A stretch of 32,000 nucleotides of DNA from Telmatocola sphagniphila (GTDB taxonomy: Bacteria; Planctomycetota; Planctomycetia; Gemmatales; Gemmataceae), in NCBI RefSeq assembly GCF_018398935.1, contig NZ_CP074694.1:2850001-2882000 (forward strand). The letters run 5' to 3'. The notes beneath the pieces are model-generated. The model ran no database searches. It saw only the letters and a program-made list of their open reading frames with translations, and had not been told where the DNA came from. A program made the position numbers and the translations under genes. This document shows positions 18,387 through 26,212 of the stretch, piece after piece (within the stretch, counting starts at the first letter, position 1; every line of letters starts with the position of its first letter).

Positions 18387-18617
18387 GGACGTTTCCCCCC
18401 ATCGCAGAACCCGGTGAAAATTTCCCCGCGCCGGATTCGCGAATCTGTTCGGATGGACCAAAAAACCGCAAGTGATCCCGAAATTCCCCCGAACTCGGAT
18501 ATGTACTTGTCGATCTTTAGCCAATCGGTGCTTTTATATCGGGAGGCTTTCTAACCGTAGCTTGGAAATGATGCAAGGTCGATTTTTCGAGTTCGATTAA
18601 AGTTGGTCACAAACGAT

Positions 18618-18938
18618 TTAATGTTCTCCGGACAGCTTCAATCCCACGATCCCCAGCAGGATGATGGCCACGAAGATTATTCGCAATAAATTGGCCGACT
18701 CGTTGAAAAGAACGATGCCCAGCAGAACGGTTCCCACAGCGCCGATGCCGGTCCAGACCGTGTAGCCGGTTCCAAGAGGGATACTTCGCAGCGCCAGGGT
18801 GAGACAGTAAACGCTGGCAAACATGGTAATCAAAGTAATCAGCGTCGGCCACAGTTTGCGGAAGCTGTCGGTGTACATCATGCTGACCGCCCAGCCCACC
18901 TCCAGCAACCCCGCAAGGATCAACCAGCCCCAATCCAT
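18618..18938 (-). CDS. sugE: SMR-family exporter, SugE/Gdx (guanidinium exporter) type
   Basis: 106 aa with 4 TM helices. MDWGWLILAGLLEVGWA carries the conserved TM1 Glu. The size and start are typical of SugE. The listed 181-aa ORF is an upstream extension, and another alternative ATG lies at 18971. Confidence 0.85.
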   Translation of the reverse strand: MDWGWLILAGLLEVGWAVSMMYTDSFRKLWPTLITLITMFASVYCLTLALRSIPLGTGYTVWTGIGAVGTVLLGIVLFNESANLLRIIFVAIILLGIVGLKLSGEH

Positions 18939-19217
18939 CGCTCGCCCCCGTGTGATACTCTCATTTGCCATGATGGCCTCGCGAATCCACTCCTGAAAAG
19001 GGATTCTAGAGATTCCTCGCCAACCCCCAAGGAGGCACTTTCCCCGGACCCGGCCGTTCGGTGATAGCAGAAATTGAGACCATCGCGGTCCCATTTTTGC
19101 AATCCTCTCAAACTGACAAACTTGCCTATTTCGACTCAATTTCTGAAACCGCCGTGCGAACAATCGAGTAGACTTCCATAATAACTCGCGACTTCTCCTT
19201 TGAATTGGGGTTCCCTG

Positions 19218-20969
19218 ATGCGTGGAGTCCTTCTCTCCTTACTTGCTGTTGCAGCGTTGCCCAGGGCCGCGCACTGTCAGACAGCGGATCCGCTGAAATA
19301 TATTCCCCCGGCGGCCCAGCTGATCATCAAAATCGAAAAGCCCCGGCAATTGCTGGAAAGCGCTTTTAAATTGCCGCTTTACGATCAGGCGATGAAGTTG
19401 AACACGCTGCAGCGGGCGCTCGACACGGCCGATTTTCGGAAGTTTCGCGACCTCGTCAGCTACTTCGAAAAGGAACTGGGAAAACCCTGGCCAGAACTAG
19501 TCGACGAACTCGCCGGTGGGGGCCTCGCACTGGGCGTTCGCTATGCCGATGCAGGGACGGATAACCCGACCATGCTGGTGATGCAATCTCGGAACGAAGA
19601 AACGCTCAAGAAATTCCTGATAAAACTCGTCGACATTTTTAAGCAGGAGCAAGAACGTCAGGGCGGCAAAAGCCAAGTGGAAAGCAAAAACCTCGAGGGC
19701 TTTGAAGCTTACCAACTGGACGAAAAAATCGTTTTGGTCCGCGACGGCTCGGTTCTGTTTGCCTTGAACCAGCAGAAACTGATCGCTCCGGTGATCGATC
19801 ACGTGAAAAAACTCCACGCTTCCCCGAATCTGGAGAGCATGGCCAACCATCCCGGCGTCACGAAGAGCCGCCAATTATTACCGAAAAATCCGGACGCGTG
19901 GTTCTGGTTCGATCTGGCTTGGGCCAAGACCCTCGAAGGTGCAAAAGGCATCCTGGAGCAACCCCGCAATGATCCTATTCCGACTTTCGTTTTTGCCGGC
20001 CTGCTCGATCTGGGCCGACGCTCCGAGTTGATTTCCGGTGCACTGACTTCCTCATCCGAGGGCTATGATTTCACTCTTCGCCTACCGGCTGGTTATGAAC
20101 ATCGGGGAATGGACACCATCCTGCATTTACCCAAGGAAGTTCCCGCTTCTTATTCCATTCCCTCTCTGCATCCCAAAAACACGCTCTATTCGCATGCTTT
20201 CTATCTGGATCTGGCCGCGTTTTACAACGAGCGAGAAAAAATCTTCAACAAGGAAGTCAGCAAAAATCTCGCGGATTTTCAAAAGCAAGTTTCGAAAGTG
20301 CTGCCTTCGGCTTCTTTTGAAAAACTGATGAATTCGACTGGGCCGATTCATCAAGTCGTGATTGCCTACTCCGACAAAAAACCTTACAAAACGGAGCCCA
20401 ACCAAAAGATTCCTCCCGGGGCTTACATCGTACCTTTGCGCGATAAAGAAGCCAGCCGGAATTTCGAAGCTCTGGTGCGGGCCGGCGGCTTCCTGGCTTC
20501 GACGCAGGTTCCCCTGAAGATGTCGGAGGAAACTTATGCTGGTGCAAAACTTCTGATCTATCGTTTCGATGAAACCAAGCCGTTCCCCAATAATGGCGAT
20601 CCGGAAAATATCCGCTTCAATTTCGCGCCCACGTTCGTTGATTTAGGCGACAAACTGCTGTTCAGTTCGACGACCGATCTCGCCCGGGAATTGATCGATC
20701 TTAACAAGGCCGCTCCCGCATCGTCCAGCAGTGCCGGTTACGAAAATATGAGCATGGAATTTAATGCCGAAGGGGGAGCCGCCTTGATCGCCGCGGATCC
20801 GCAGGCCGTGAAAATCCAACTGATTCTTTCTCAGGCGCTACGTGAAGCCGAGGCCCAAAAGGAAGCCGAACTGCTGATCAAGTACGTTCGAAATCTGGGC
20901 GTCCTCCGAATCAACACTGTATACTACCCCAACGATTTTCGCATGAATTTCCGCTGGATCCTGAAATAA
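19218..20969 (+). CDS. Hypothetical secreted protein
   Basis: The ATG at 19218 gives the signal peptide MRGVLLSLLAVAALPRAAHCQ. It is a long soluble protein with no family recognised. It sits 36 nt upstream of the DUF1800 gene on the same strand. Confidence 0.7.
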   Translation: MRGVLLSLLAVAALPRAAHCQTADPLKYIPPAAQLIIKIEKPRQLLESAFKLPLYDQAMKLNTLQRALDTADFRKFRDLVSYFEKELGKPWPELVDELAGGGLALGVRYADAGTDNPTMLVMQSRNEETLKKFLIKLVDIFKQEQERQGGKSQVESKNLEGFEAYQLDEKIVLVRDGSVLFALNQQKLIAPVIDHVKKLHASPNLESMANHPGVTKSRQLLPKNPDAWFWFDLAWAKTLEGAKGILEQPRNDPIPTFVFAGLLDLGRRSELISGALTSSSEGYDFTLRLPAGYEHRGMDTILHLPKEVPASYSIPSLHPKNTLYSHAFYLDLAAFYNEREKIFNKEVSKNLADFQKQVSKVLPSASFEKLMNSTGPIHQVVIAYSDKKPYKTEPNQKIPPGAYIVPLRDKEASRNFEALVRAGGFLASTQVPLKMSEETYAGAKLLIYRFDETKPFPNNGDPENIRFNFAPTFVDLGDKLLFSSTTDLARELIDLNKAAPASSSSAGYENMSMEFNAEGGAALIAADPQAVKIQLILSQALREAEAQKEAELLIKYVRNLGVLRINTVYYPNDFRMNFRWILK

Positions 20970-21005
20970 TTCCTCTCCCGAAATCGACCGCTAGCGAGAA
21001 CTCGC

Positions 21006-22403
21006 ATGTACCGAGAAGCACAAAACGCCTGGCTACCTTACGAACCCAGCCCCGCCAATCCCTGGACGCTGGCCAAGGTCGGGCATCTCTATCGACGGGC
21101 CGGTTTCGGTGGCAGTTATCCGGAATTACGCGCGGGGCTGGCTCTGAAACCTCAGGAATTGGTCGATCGCCTCGTGCATCCCCCCGGGGATATCAATGCG
21201 TTCGAGGCCGAAACCACTAGTTGGAGCCAGTCGATTCGTAAAGGGAATAACATCCAGCAAGCCAGCGACTGGTGGCTCTACCGGGTGCTGAAGACTCCCT
21301 TCCCATTGCGCGAGAAGATGACACTTTTCTGGCATAACCACTTTGCCACTTCATTCTCGAAAGTTCTGAATATTGGCTATATGCTCGGTCAGTACGAGTT
21401 AATGCACCAGCACGCCCTGGGCAATTTCGCGGAAATGCTACAAGGCATTTCCAAGGACCCGGCCATGCTGGTCTGGCTGGATACCATCCAGAGCAAAAAG
21501 GGTATGCCCAACGAGAATTATGCCCGCGAATTGATGGAACTTTTCAGTTTGGGAATTGGAAATTACACCGAAAATGACATCCGGGAAGCGGCGAGAGCTT
21601 TTACCGGCTGGGAGATCCGTAACGGGAAGTACCATTTCAACAAGGATCAGTTCGATGCCGGCGAGAAAGCAGTTTTCGGCAGAAAAGGCCCTTTCAGCGG
21701 CGAACAGATCGTGCAACTCTGCCTCGAAAAGGAAGCCTGTGCCCTCTTTATCGTTAAGAAACTCTATCTGTTCCTAATCAGTGAGTCGGCGGAATTGAAT
21801 CCGGAATTGCTGAAACCACTCGTGGAGCAGTTCCGGAAAGATTACAACATCGGCCAACTGGTCGAGACCATGCTCCGATCGAACCACTTCTTCGCCGCGG
21901 AGAACTATCGAGCCAAAGTGAAATCGCCGGTCGATTTTATCTGCGGCGTGGTGCTAGGTTTGCAAGGCTCGGTAGGTGTTTCCAATCTGGCTCGATCCCT
22001 CGAAAGTCTCGGACAGAATCTCTTCAGTCCCCCTTCCGTAAAAGGTTGGGACGGCGGGCCCGCCTGGCTGAATGCCCAAACCCTCCTTTATCGCCAGAAT
22101 CTGGCCTTGCAACTTTGCGAAACCCGACAAAAAGAGGATGGTACCAATCACTCTCTTCCACTCCCCTCCCGGCTCCTGAAACTGGCCGGGGTGCAAACCG
22201 ACCCGGCGGCCGTCGATCTGTTTCTGGAGGTCTTTCTACAAAAGGAAATTCCGACCCAGACGCGGGATAAACTGCTCGACTTCGCGGCGCATTCGAATCC
22301 CAAATCCTTCCCCAGTTATTGGAGCGAGGAACGGAAATCGGAACACAAAGCGATTTCGCTCTGCCATATGATTCTGACTCTACCGGAATGGCAGCTGGAT
22401 TAA
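21006..22403 (+). CDS. DUF1800 domain-containing protein
   Basis: Hallmark motifs YRRAGFG, REKMTLFWHNHFATS, GNFAEMLQGISKDPAMLVWLD and PNENYARELMELFSLG. Confidence 0.9.
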   Translation: MYREAQNAWLPYEPSPANPWTLAKVGHLYRRAGFGGSYPELRAGLALKPQELVDRLVHPPGDINAFEAETTSWSQSIRKGNNIQQASDWWLYRVLKTPFPLREKMTLFWHNHFATSFSKVLNIGYMLGQYELMHQHALGNFAEMLQGISKDPAMLVWLDTIQSKKGMPNENYARELMELFSLGIGNYTENDIREAARAFTGWEIRNGKYHFNKDQFDAGEKAVFGRKGPFSGEQIVQLCLEKEACALFIVKKLYLFLISESAELNPELLKPLVEQFRKDYNIGQLVETMLRSNHFFAAENYRAKVKSPVDFICGVVLGLQGSVGVSNLARSLESLGQNLFSPPSVKGWDGGPAWLNAQTLLYRQNLALQLCETRQKEDGTNHSLPLPSRLLKLAGVQTDPAAVDLFLEVFLQKEIPTQTRDKLLDFAAHSNPKSFPSYWSEERKSEHKAISLCHMILTLPEWQLD

Positions 22404-22465
22404 TTCGTGGAATTCCGCCCGATTCCGGTTCATACTAGAAGCTTCCCCACTCAACGAGACTTGCC

Positions 22466-23701
22466 ATGTTCAGACGCGATTTCCTCAAAACCGGTTCCCT
22501 TCTCGGGTTGGGCTCCAGCCTGCCTGCTTTTCTGGCCAACAGCGCCTACGCGACGCCGAACGCCGAAAAGCCCGGGGCGAAGGATACCATCCTGGTCGTC
22601 GTTCAATTCACCGGCGGCAACGATGGCCTCAATACCGTCATCCCCTATGCGGATGAGGAATATGCCAAACTTCGTCCGACGCTGAAAATTGCCAAGGATC
22701 GCGTGAAAAAATTGAACGATCATGTCGGGTTGCATCCCTCCATGACCGGGATGGCCGAGTTGTACGAAGAGAAATCTTTGTGCGTGGTACAAGGCGTCGG
22801 CTACCCAAACCCCAGCCAATCGCACTTCCGAAGCATGGATATCTGGCAAGCAGCCAGCACAGCCGAGACCTTGAATGAAGGCTGGCTGGGCAAGGCTCTC
22901 AAAGAGTTAAAAGCTCCCAGCTTCCATATCGCCAACGATGGCGAATCTTCTCCCTTGGCTTTCAGCGGCGCCCCCGTGCGAGTGCCCAGCGTTAAGAATC
23001 TGGAAGATTTTCAGCTGAAAATGACGGCTGCCAACGGCTCGGAGAAAGAAGGTCAGCGGAAGTTGCTGGGGGAAGTCTCTCAGGGAAGTTCAACTGCGGG
23101 GAATTCGAACAATTTGCTGCAATTCGTCCAGCGAACCGCACTGAACACCTACGCCAGTAGTGACAAGCTCCAGGAGATCGGCAAAAATTATCAGCCGAAA
23201 TCTCCCTATCCGCAATCGCCACTGGCAAACAAGCTCCGATTGTGCGCCCAGCTGATCGACGGCGGATTGGGTACCCGAATCTTCTATCTGAGTATCGACG
23301 GCTTCGACACTCACGCCAATCAGGGGGGAGCCAACGGAGCCCATGCAAACTTGCTAGCGCAGGTCTCCGGAGCGATCACCGCCTTTTACAAGGATCTATC
23401 TGCCCGCGGCCATAAAGATCGCGTGCTGATAATGACCTTCTCCGAATTCGGCCGGCGCGCCAAAGAAAACGGTAGTAAAGGAACCGATCACGGTAGCGGA
23501 GCTCCCATGTTCCTGGTCGGCGGCAAAGTGAATGCCGGAGTGCTGGGCGACCATCCCAGCCTAACCCAACTCGAGATGGGTAATTTGAAACACAATCTCG
23601 ACTTCCGGCAGGTTTACGCAGCGGTTCTCGATCAGTGGCTGGGAGTTTCCAGCCGTAAGGTGCTTAGTGGGGATTTCTCCGCCGCGAAAATTCTGGTTTG
23701 A
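22466..23701 (+). CDS. DUF1501 domain-containing protein (sulfatase/alkaline-phosphatase-like fold) with a Tat signal
   Basis: Twin-arginine signal MFRRDFLKTGSLLGLG. Motifs GGNDGLNTVIPY, GYPNPSQSHFRSMDIWQ, DGFDTHANQ and SEFGRR...GTDHG. Confidence 0.9.
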   Translation: MFRRDFLKTGSLLGLGSSLPAFLANSAYATPNAEKPGAKDTILVVVQFTGGNDGLNTVIPYADEEYAKLRPTLKIAKDRVKKLNDHVGLHPSMTGMAELYEEKSLCVVQGVGYPNPSQSHFRSMDIWQAASTAETLNEGWLGKALKELKAPSFHIANDGESSPLAFSGAPVRVPSVKNLEDFQLKMTAANGSEKEGQRKLLGEVSQGSSTAGNSNNLLQFVQRTALNTYASSDKLQEIGKNYQPKSPYPQSPLANKLRLCAQLIDGGLGTRIFYLSIDGFDTHANQGGANGAHANLLAQVSGAITAFYKDLSARGHKDRVLIMTFSEFGRRAKENGSKGTDHGSGAPMFLVGGKVNAGVLGDHPSLTQLEMGNLKHNLDFRQVYAAVLDQWLGVSSRKVLSGDFSAAKILV

Positions 23702-23712
23702 ATTCCTTAAAT

Positions 23713-23749
23713 AAAAAAAGCACGCATCGATCGGATGCGTGCTTTTTTT
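23713..23749. terminator. Bidirectional rho-independent terminator
   Basis: A-run (23713-23719), stem AGCACGCATC (23719-23728) pairing with GATGCGTGCT (23734-23743), 5-nt loop, then a T-run to 23749. It lies between the convergent stops at 23701 and 23777. Confidence 0.85.
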
Positions 23750-23776
23750 GTTCTTCTCGCAGCTTAGTCGGTTCGA

Positions 23777-26140
23777 TCAACCATCGAATCGCCCCGGTTT
23801 GCTGCTATCGTTGCCGCCATTGGGGGTATTACCCGAATTCGACTTCATAATGTTTTCCACTTCCACAAGCCATTTCTTCCAGCGGTCTTCGCGTTCCTTG
23901 CGTTCTTTATTTTCCTTCTCCGAAGCACTCGTCAGAACGGACATCTTGCCGGTGTTCACATCCATCAGAAGGATTTCCGTGGCACATTCATCGGTATAGG
24001 TCTTGTTGTTGATCACTCGGGTTCGCTTACCGCCGTCGATATCGACCACGAGTAACTTTTCATTCATCCCATAGGTGGGATCGACCGGTATCCCGCGAGC
24101 AGGCTCCTTGGCTTTCGGATTTCTGGACGGCTCGCTGGCCCGAATCGTGTAGTGGTTGAGAGTGGAATCCCACAGAGGGAGATTCACCAACTGCTTGCCA
24201 CCGACGATTTGACCGCGACCGACCACCACATCCGTTACGATCCACTCGCCCACCGGTTCGCGATAGTTGGCTCCCACTTCAATCTGTGGCATCCAGCGTT
24301 GGAATTGCAGGATCGCCTGTCCATCCTTAACGTCAATTTTCTTGTCGGCTTCCCGATCGATGGAATAGATGTAGGTCTCGGGAGGAATGCCGACTGTGTC
24401 CTTCATGTCGATCCATTCGCCTTTCAGCTCGGAAATTTCCGCATCGGAGGGACGGGAAACCAGTTTGTCCTTGCCGAAATTCGGGTTCTTCATCTTCACC
24501 TGAATGCGATACTGATAACGATAGCCCGGCAGAACATCGATATCGACGAAGCGAACGAGCACTGCATCGGGAGCTTCTCCACTCGCCAGATTGTTAATTT
24601 CACCACCTCCCGGGAAGCCACCGTTTGCGCCGCCGGGACCACTTCCCGGTACACCCGGAGGAGGGAAACTCCCAGAGGAGGAACCAGAATTGGGTGGGAA
24701 CGATTTTCCGCCTTTACCAGGAGCGCCGGGGCCCCCCGGCCCACCCGGAACCATTCCGCTCGGACCTCCAGGACCACCCGGTCCGCCCGGTCCGCTCTTA
24801 GATCCAGGCCCCATTCCTTCCGATCCGCCGCCAGGGCCGCCGGCCGAGGAGTAGGAGGTCGGTGGTTCGTAAATATCGCCTTGCCCCAGGAGAGGGTTCG
24901 GGTTCTTAGGCAACGCTGGGGGTCGATTCAGTTCTTTGAAATGTTTGATGGTGGCTTCGAGGCTGGGAAGCTTCAAATCGGGGTATTTCATACCGTCCAT
25001 CAAGGGGGGAAGGTTCATATAGAGCCGGTTGCTCACATCGAGCTTAACGATTTGCAGATCCGGGTCGTCCGCTTCCACCGCGCCCATGGTTCGACGGTAG
25101 ATCACATTGCGATAGCGATCCTCGAAGTGCAGCGGGCTCCAGTCCACCGCGATCGTGCCATCTTCATTGAACACGCGGCGTTGGACGTTTATGCCGGTGA
25201 ACACCGGGGTCGCGTCGCTGGTGTTATAAATTTCGCTGATGGAGGAAAGGCGAAGGGCTTCCCGGATCCGGTCCAGCTGCTGCTTGTAAGGGAAGGAGGC
25301 ATTAACCACCACCATTCGCTGCGGCCAGATGGTTCGAGCCGGCTCTTTGCCTTCGAGAGCCTTCTCATCGTTCAAGGAGACGTATTGAACCGTCGGTCGT
25401 AAAGATTCCGTTGTGTTCAGACTACCCGAACCCGTCATTCGACCTGAGCCGGAACCTTTACCGCCGCCACCGGACGACCCCCCTGGACCGCTCGCCATGC
25501 CAGGTCCACCGGGGGCTCCCGGTCCGCCAGGTGCTCCTGGTCCGCCAGGAGCTCCCGGCGCACCCGGACCTCCTCGACCACTACTGCCTGGAAAACCTCC
25601 CTGTGGCATGTTATTGCCCGCGTTCGGATTGTAGTTAGCACCACCGATCTTGTTTCGAATTCCTTTGAAAGGGTCTTTCACCTTTTGTTCGTTGCCTCGC
25701 TCCTTCATTTCTATCACACCGATCATGGGCGTGTTGGAATCCAGCTTGAGATCGACCGCCACGATTCGGGTATGAACGGGATTTGCTTGAATCTCCGTGA
25801 CACCCAGTACCGGCGGATTCGATCGGCGGCTGGAAGGAATAGCAATCGGATCGAAAATGGGAGTGTTGGCAGCGAATAAGGCTGCCGGTATTTGTTCCTG
25901 TTTGTAAGGAACCTTTACGAACTCGGGAAGATCGGAAATGGTGGCATCGCCATTAGCGATCTGGCTCGTGATCTGCGATGCCTTCTGCTTGATCTGGTTG
26001 GCAAACTCCGCCGGATTAGCACCTGAGAAAGCGCTGGAAACGCCCAGTGCCAGCATGCCAAGCAGCGCGATTCCGGCAATGCCCATGCCGATTTTTTCGC
26101 CCTTCTGCAGAAGCAGTTCTTGAAAATCGACCTTTGCCAT
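23777..26140 (-). CDS. Large bitopic membrane protein (gene 3 of the PilMN-like operon) with two Gly/Pro-rich spacers
   Basis: 787 aa. Short cytoplasmic N-terminus, and one TM helix at aa 16-38 (IGMGIAGIALLGMLALGVSSAF). Low-complexity segments at aa 166-240 and 431-514. A beta-sandwich-like signature VRFVDIDVLPGYRYQYRIQV, and a Lys/Glu-rich C-terminus. GGGG sits 8 nt before the ATG. Confidence 0.85.
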   Translation of the reverse strand: MAKVDFQELLLQKGEKIGMGIAGIALLGMLALGVSSAFSGANPAEFANQIKQKASQITSQIANGDATISDLPEFVKVPYKQEQIPAALFAANTPIFDPIAIPSSRRSNPPVLGVTEIQANPVHTRIVAVDLKLDSNTPMIGVIEMKERGNEQKVKDPFKGIRNKIGGANYNPNAGNNMPQGGFPGSSGRGGPGAPGAPGGPGAPGGPGAPGGPGMASGPGGSSGGGGKGSGSGRMTGSGSLNTTESLRPTVQYVSLNDEKALEGKEPARTIWPQRMVVVNASFPYKQQLDRIREALRLSSISEIYNTSDATPVFTGINVQRRVFNEDGTIAVDWSPLHFEDRYRNVIYRRTMGAVEADDPDLQIVKLDVSNRLYMNLPPLMDGMKYPDLKLPSLEATIKHFKELNRPPALPKNPNPLLGQGDIYEPPTSYSSAGGPGGGSEGMGPGSKSGPGGPGGPGGPSGMVPGGPGGPGAPGKGGKSFPPNSGSSSGSFPPPGVPGSGPGGANGGFPGGGEINNLASGEAPDAVLVRFVDIDVLPGYRYQYRIQVKMKNPNFGKDKLVSRPSDAEISELKGEWIDMKDTVGIPPETYIYSIDREADKKIDVKDGQAILQFQRWMPQIEVGANYREPVGEWIVTDVVVGRGQIVGGKQLVNLPLWDSTLNHYTIRASEPSRNPKAKEPARGIPVDPTYGMNEKLLVVDIDGGKRTRVINNKTYTDECATEILLMDVNTGKMSVLTSASEKENKERKEREDRWKKWLVEVENIMKSNSGNTPNGGNDSSKPGRFDG
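25503..25574 (-). repeat. In-frame 18-nt tandem repeat (3 good copies plus 1 degenerate) encoding (GAPGGP)n
   Basis: Copies at 25503-25520, 25521-25538 and 25539-25556, with a degenerate copy at 25557-25574. All differences among the three good copies fall on codon third positions of the minus-strand frame. Confidence 0.7.
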
Positions 26141-26212
26141 AACTAAGCCCCTTGACTGTTAAACTGTCTCAACGAGCTGACAGTGATCGTAGCTCGGATT
26201 TTGTCTAATTAC

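Noticed and set aside
18939-19160. Guanidine riboswitch upstream of the SugE/Gdx-type gene
   Set aside because: By eye the leader lacks the ykkC core (CUAGGGUUCCG ... GGUCCGAGAG ... ACACGGCGGGA.AAAAGCCCGGGAGA). It also lacks two clean ACGR-loop hairpins (mini-ykkC) and the ykkC-III pseudoknot consensus. I keep it only as a low-interest item to scan with covariance models, not as an annotated feature.
22407-22685. A 92-aa ORF overlapping the DUF1501 start
   Set aside because: It is out of frame with, and largely overlapped by, the DUF1501 gene, whose ATG at 22466 yields a textbook Tat signal. The 92-aa translation is Pro/Ser/Arg-rich with no features.
24591-24854. Plus-strand ORFs that also translate to Gly/Pro-rich peptides (24591-24854, 25413-25634, 26349-26702, 28409-28762)
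   Set aside because: GGN (Gly) and CCN (Pro) codons are reverse complements of each other. A Gly/Pro-rich coding segment therefore automatically yields a Gly/Pro-rich antisense translation. These are mirror images of the real minus-strand low-complexity segments, not independent genes.
24152-25402. Long antisense ORFs opposite the operon genes (24152-25402 416 aa; 27356-28084 242 aa; 29857-30732 291 aa) and opposite other genes (8771-9577, 14026-14697, 1714-2364, 3974-4636)
   Set aside because: Each lies opposite a gene with strong family motifs or a coherent signal/TM architecture and an RBS-supported start. The antisense translations are Arg/His/Phe-rich with no recognisable domains. I treat them as shadow ORFs.
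25503-25574. Possible CRISPR array or minisatellite
   Set aside because: There are only 3-4 directly adjacent 18-nt units with no spacers. They are in frame inside a CDS and differ only at synonymous sites. This is a coding peptide repeat, not a CRISPR array, and no repeat-spacer architecture occurs anywhere in the window.
24599-25645. Bacterial collagen-like triple-helix domain
   Set aside because: The strict G-X-Y register holds for only about 8-9 triplets (GGP GAP GAP GGP GAP GGP GAP GGP) before breaking. Other runs are GPGG- or Gly/Ser-type. That is too short and irregular to call a collagen domain, so I report it only as a compositional resemblance.
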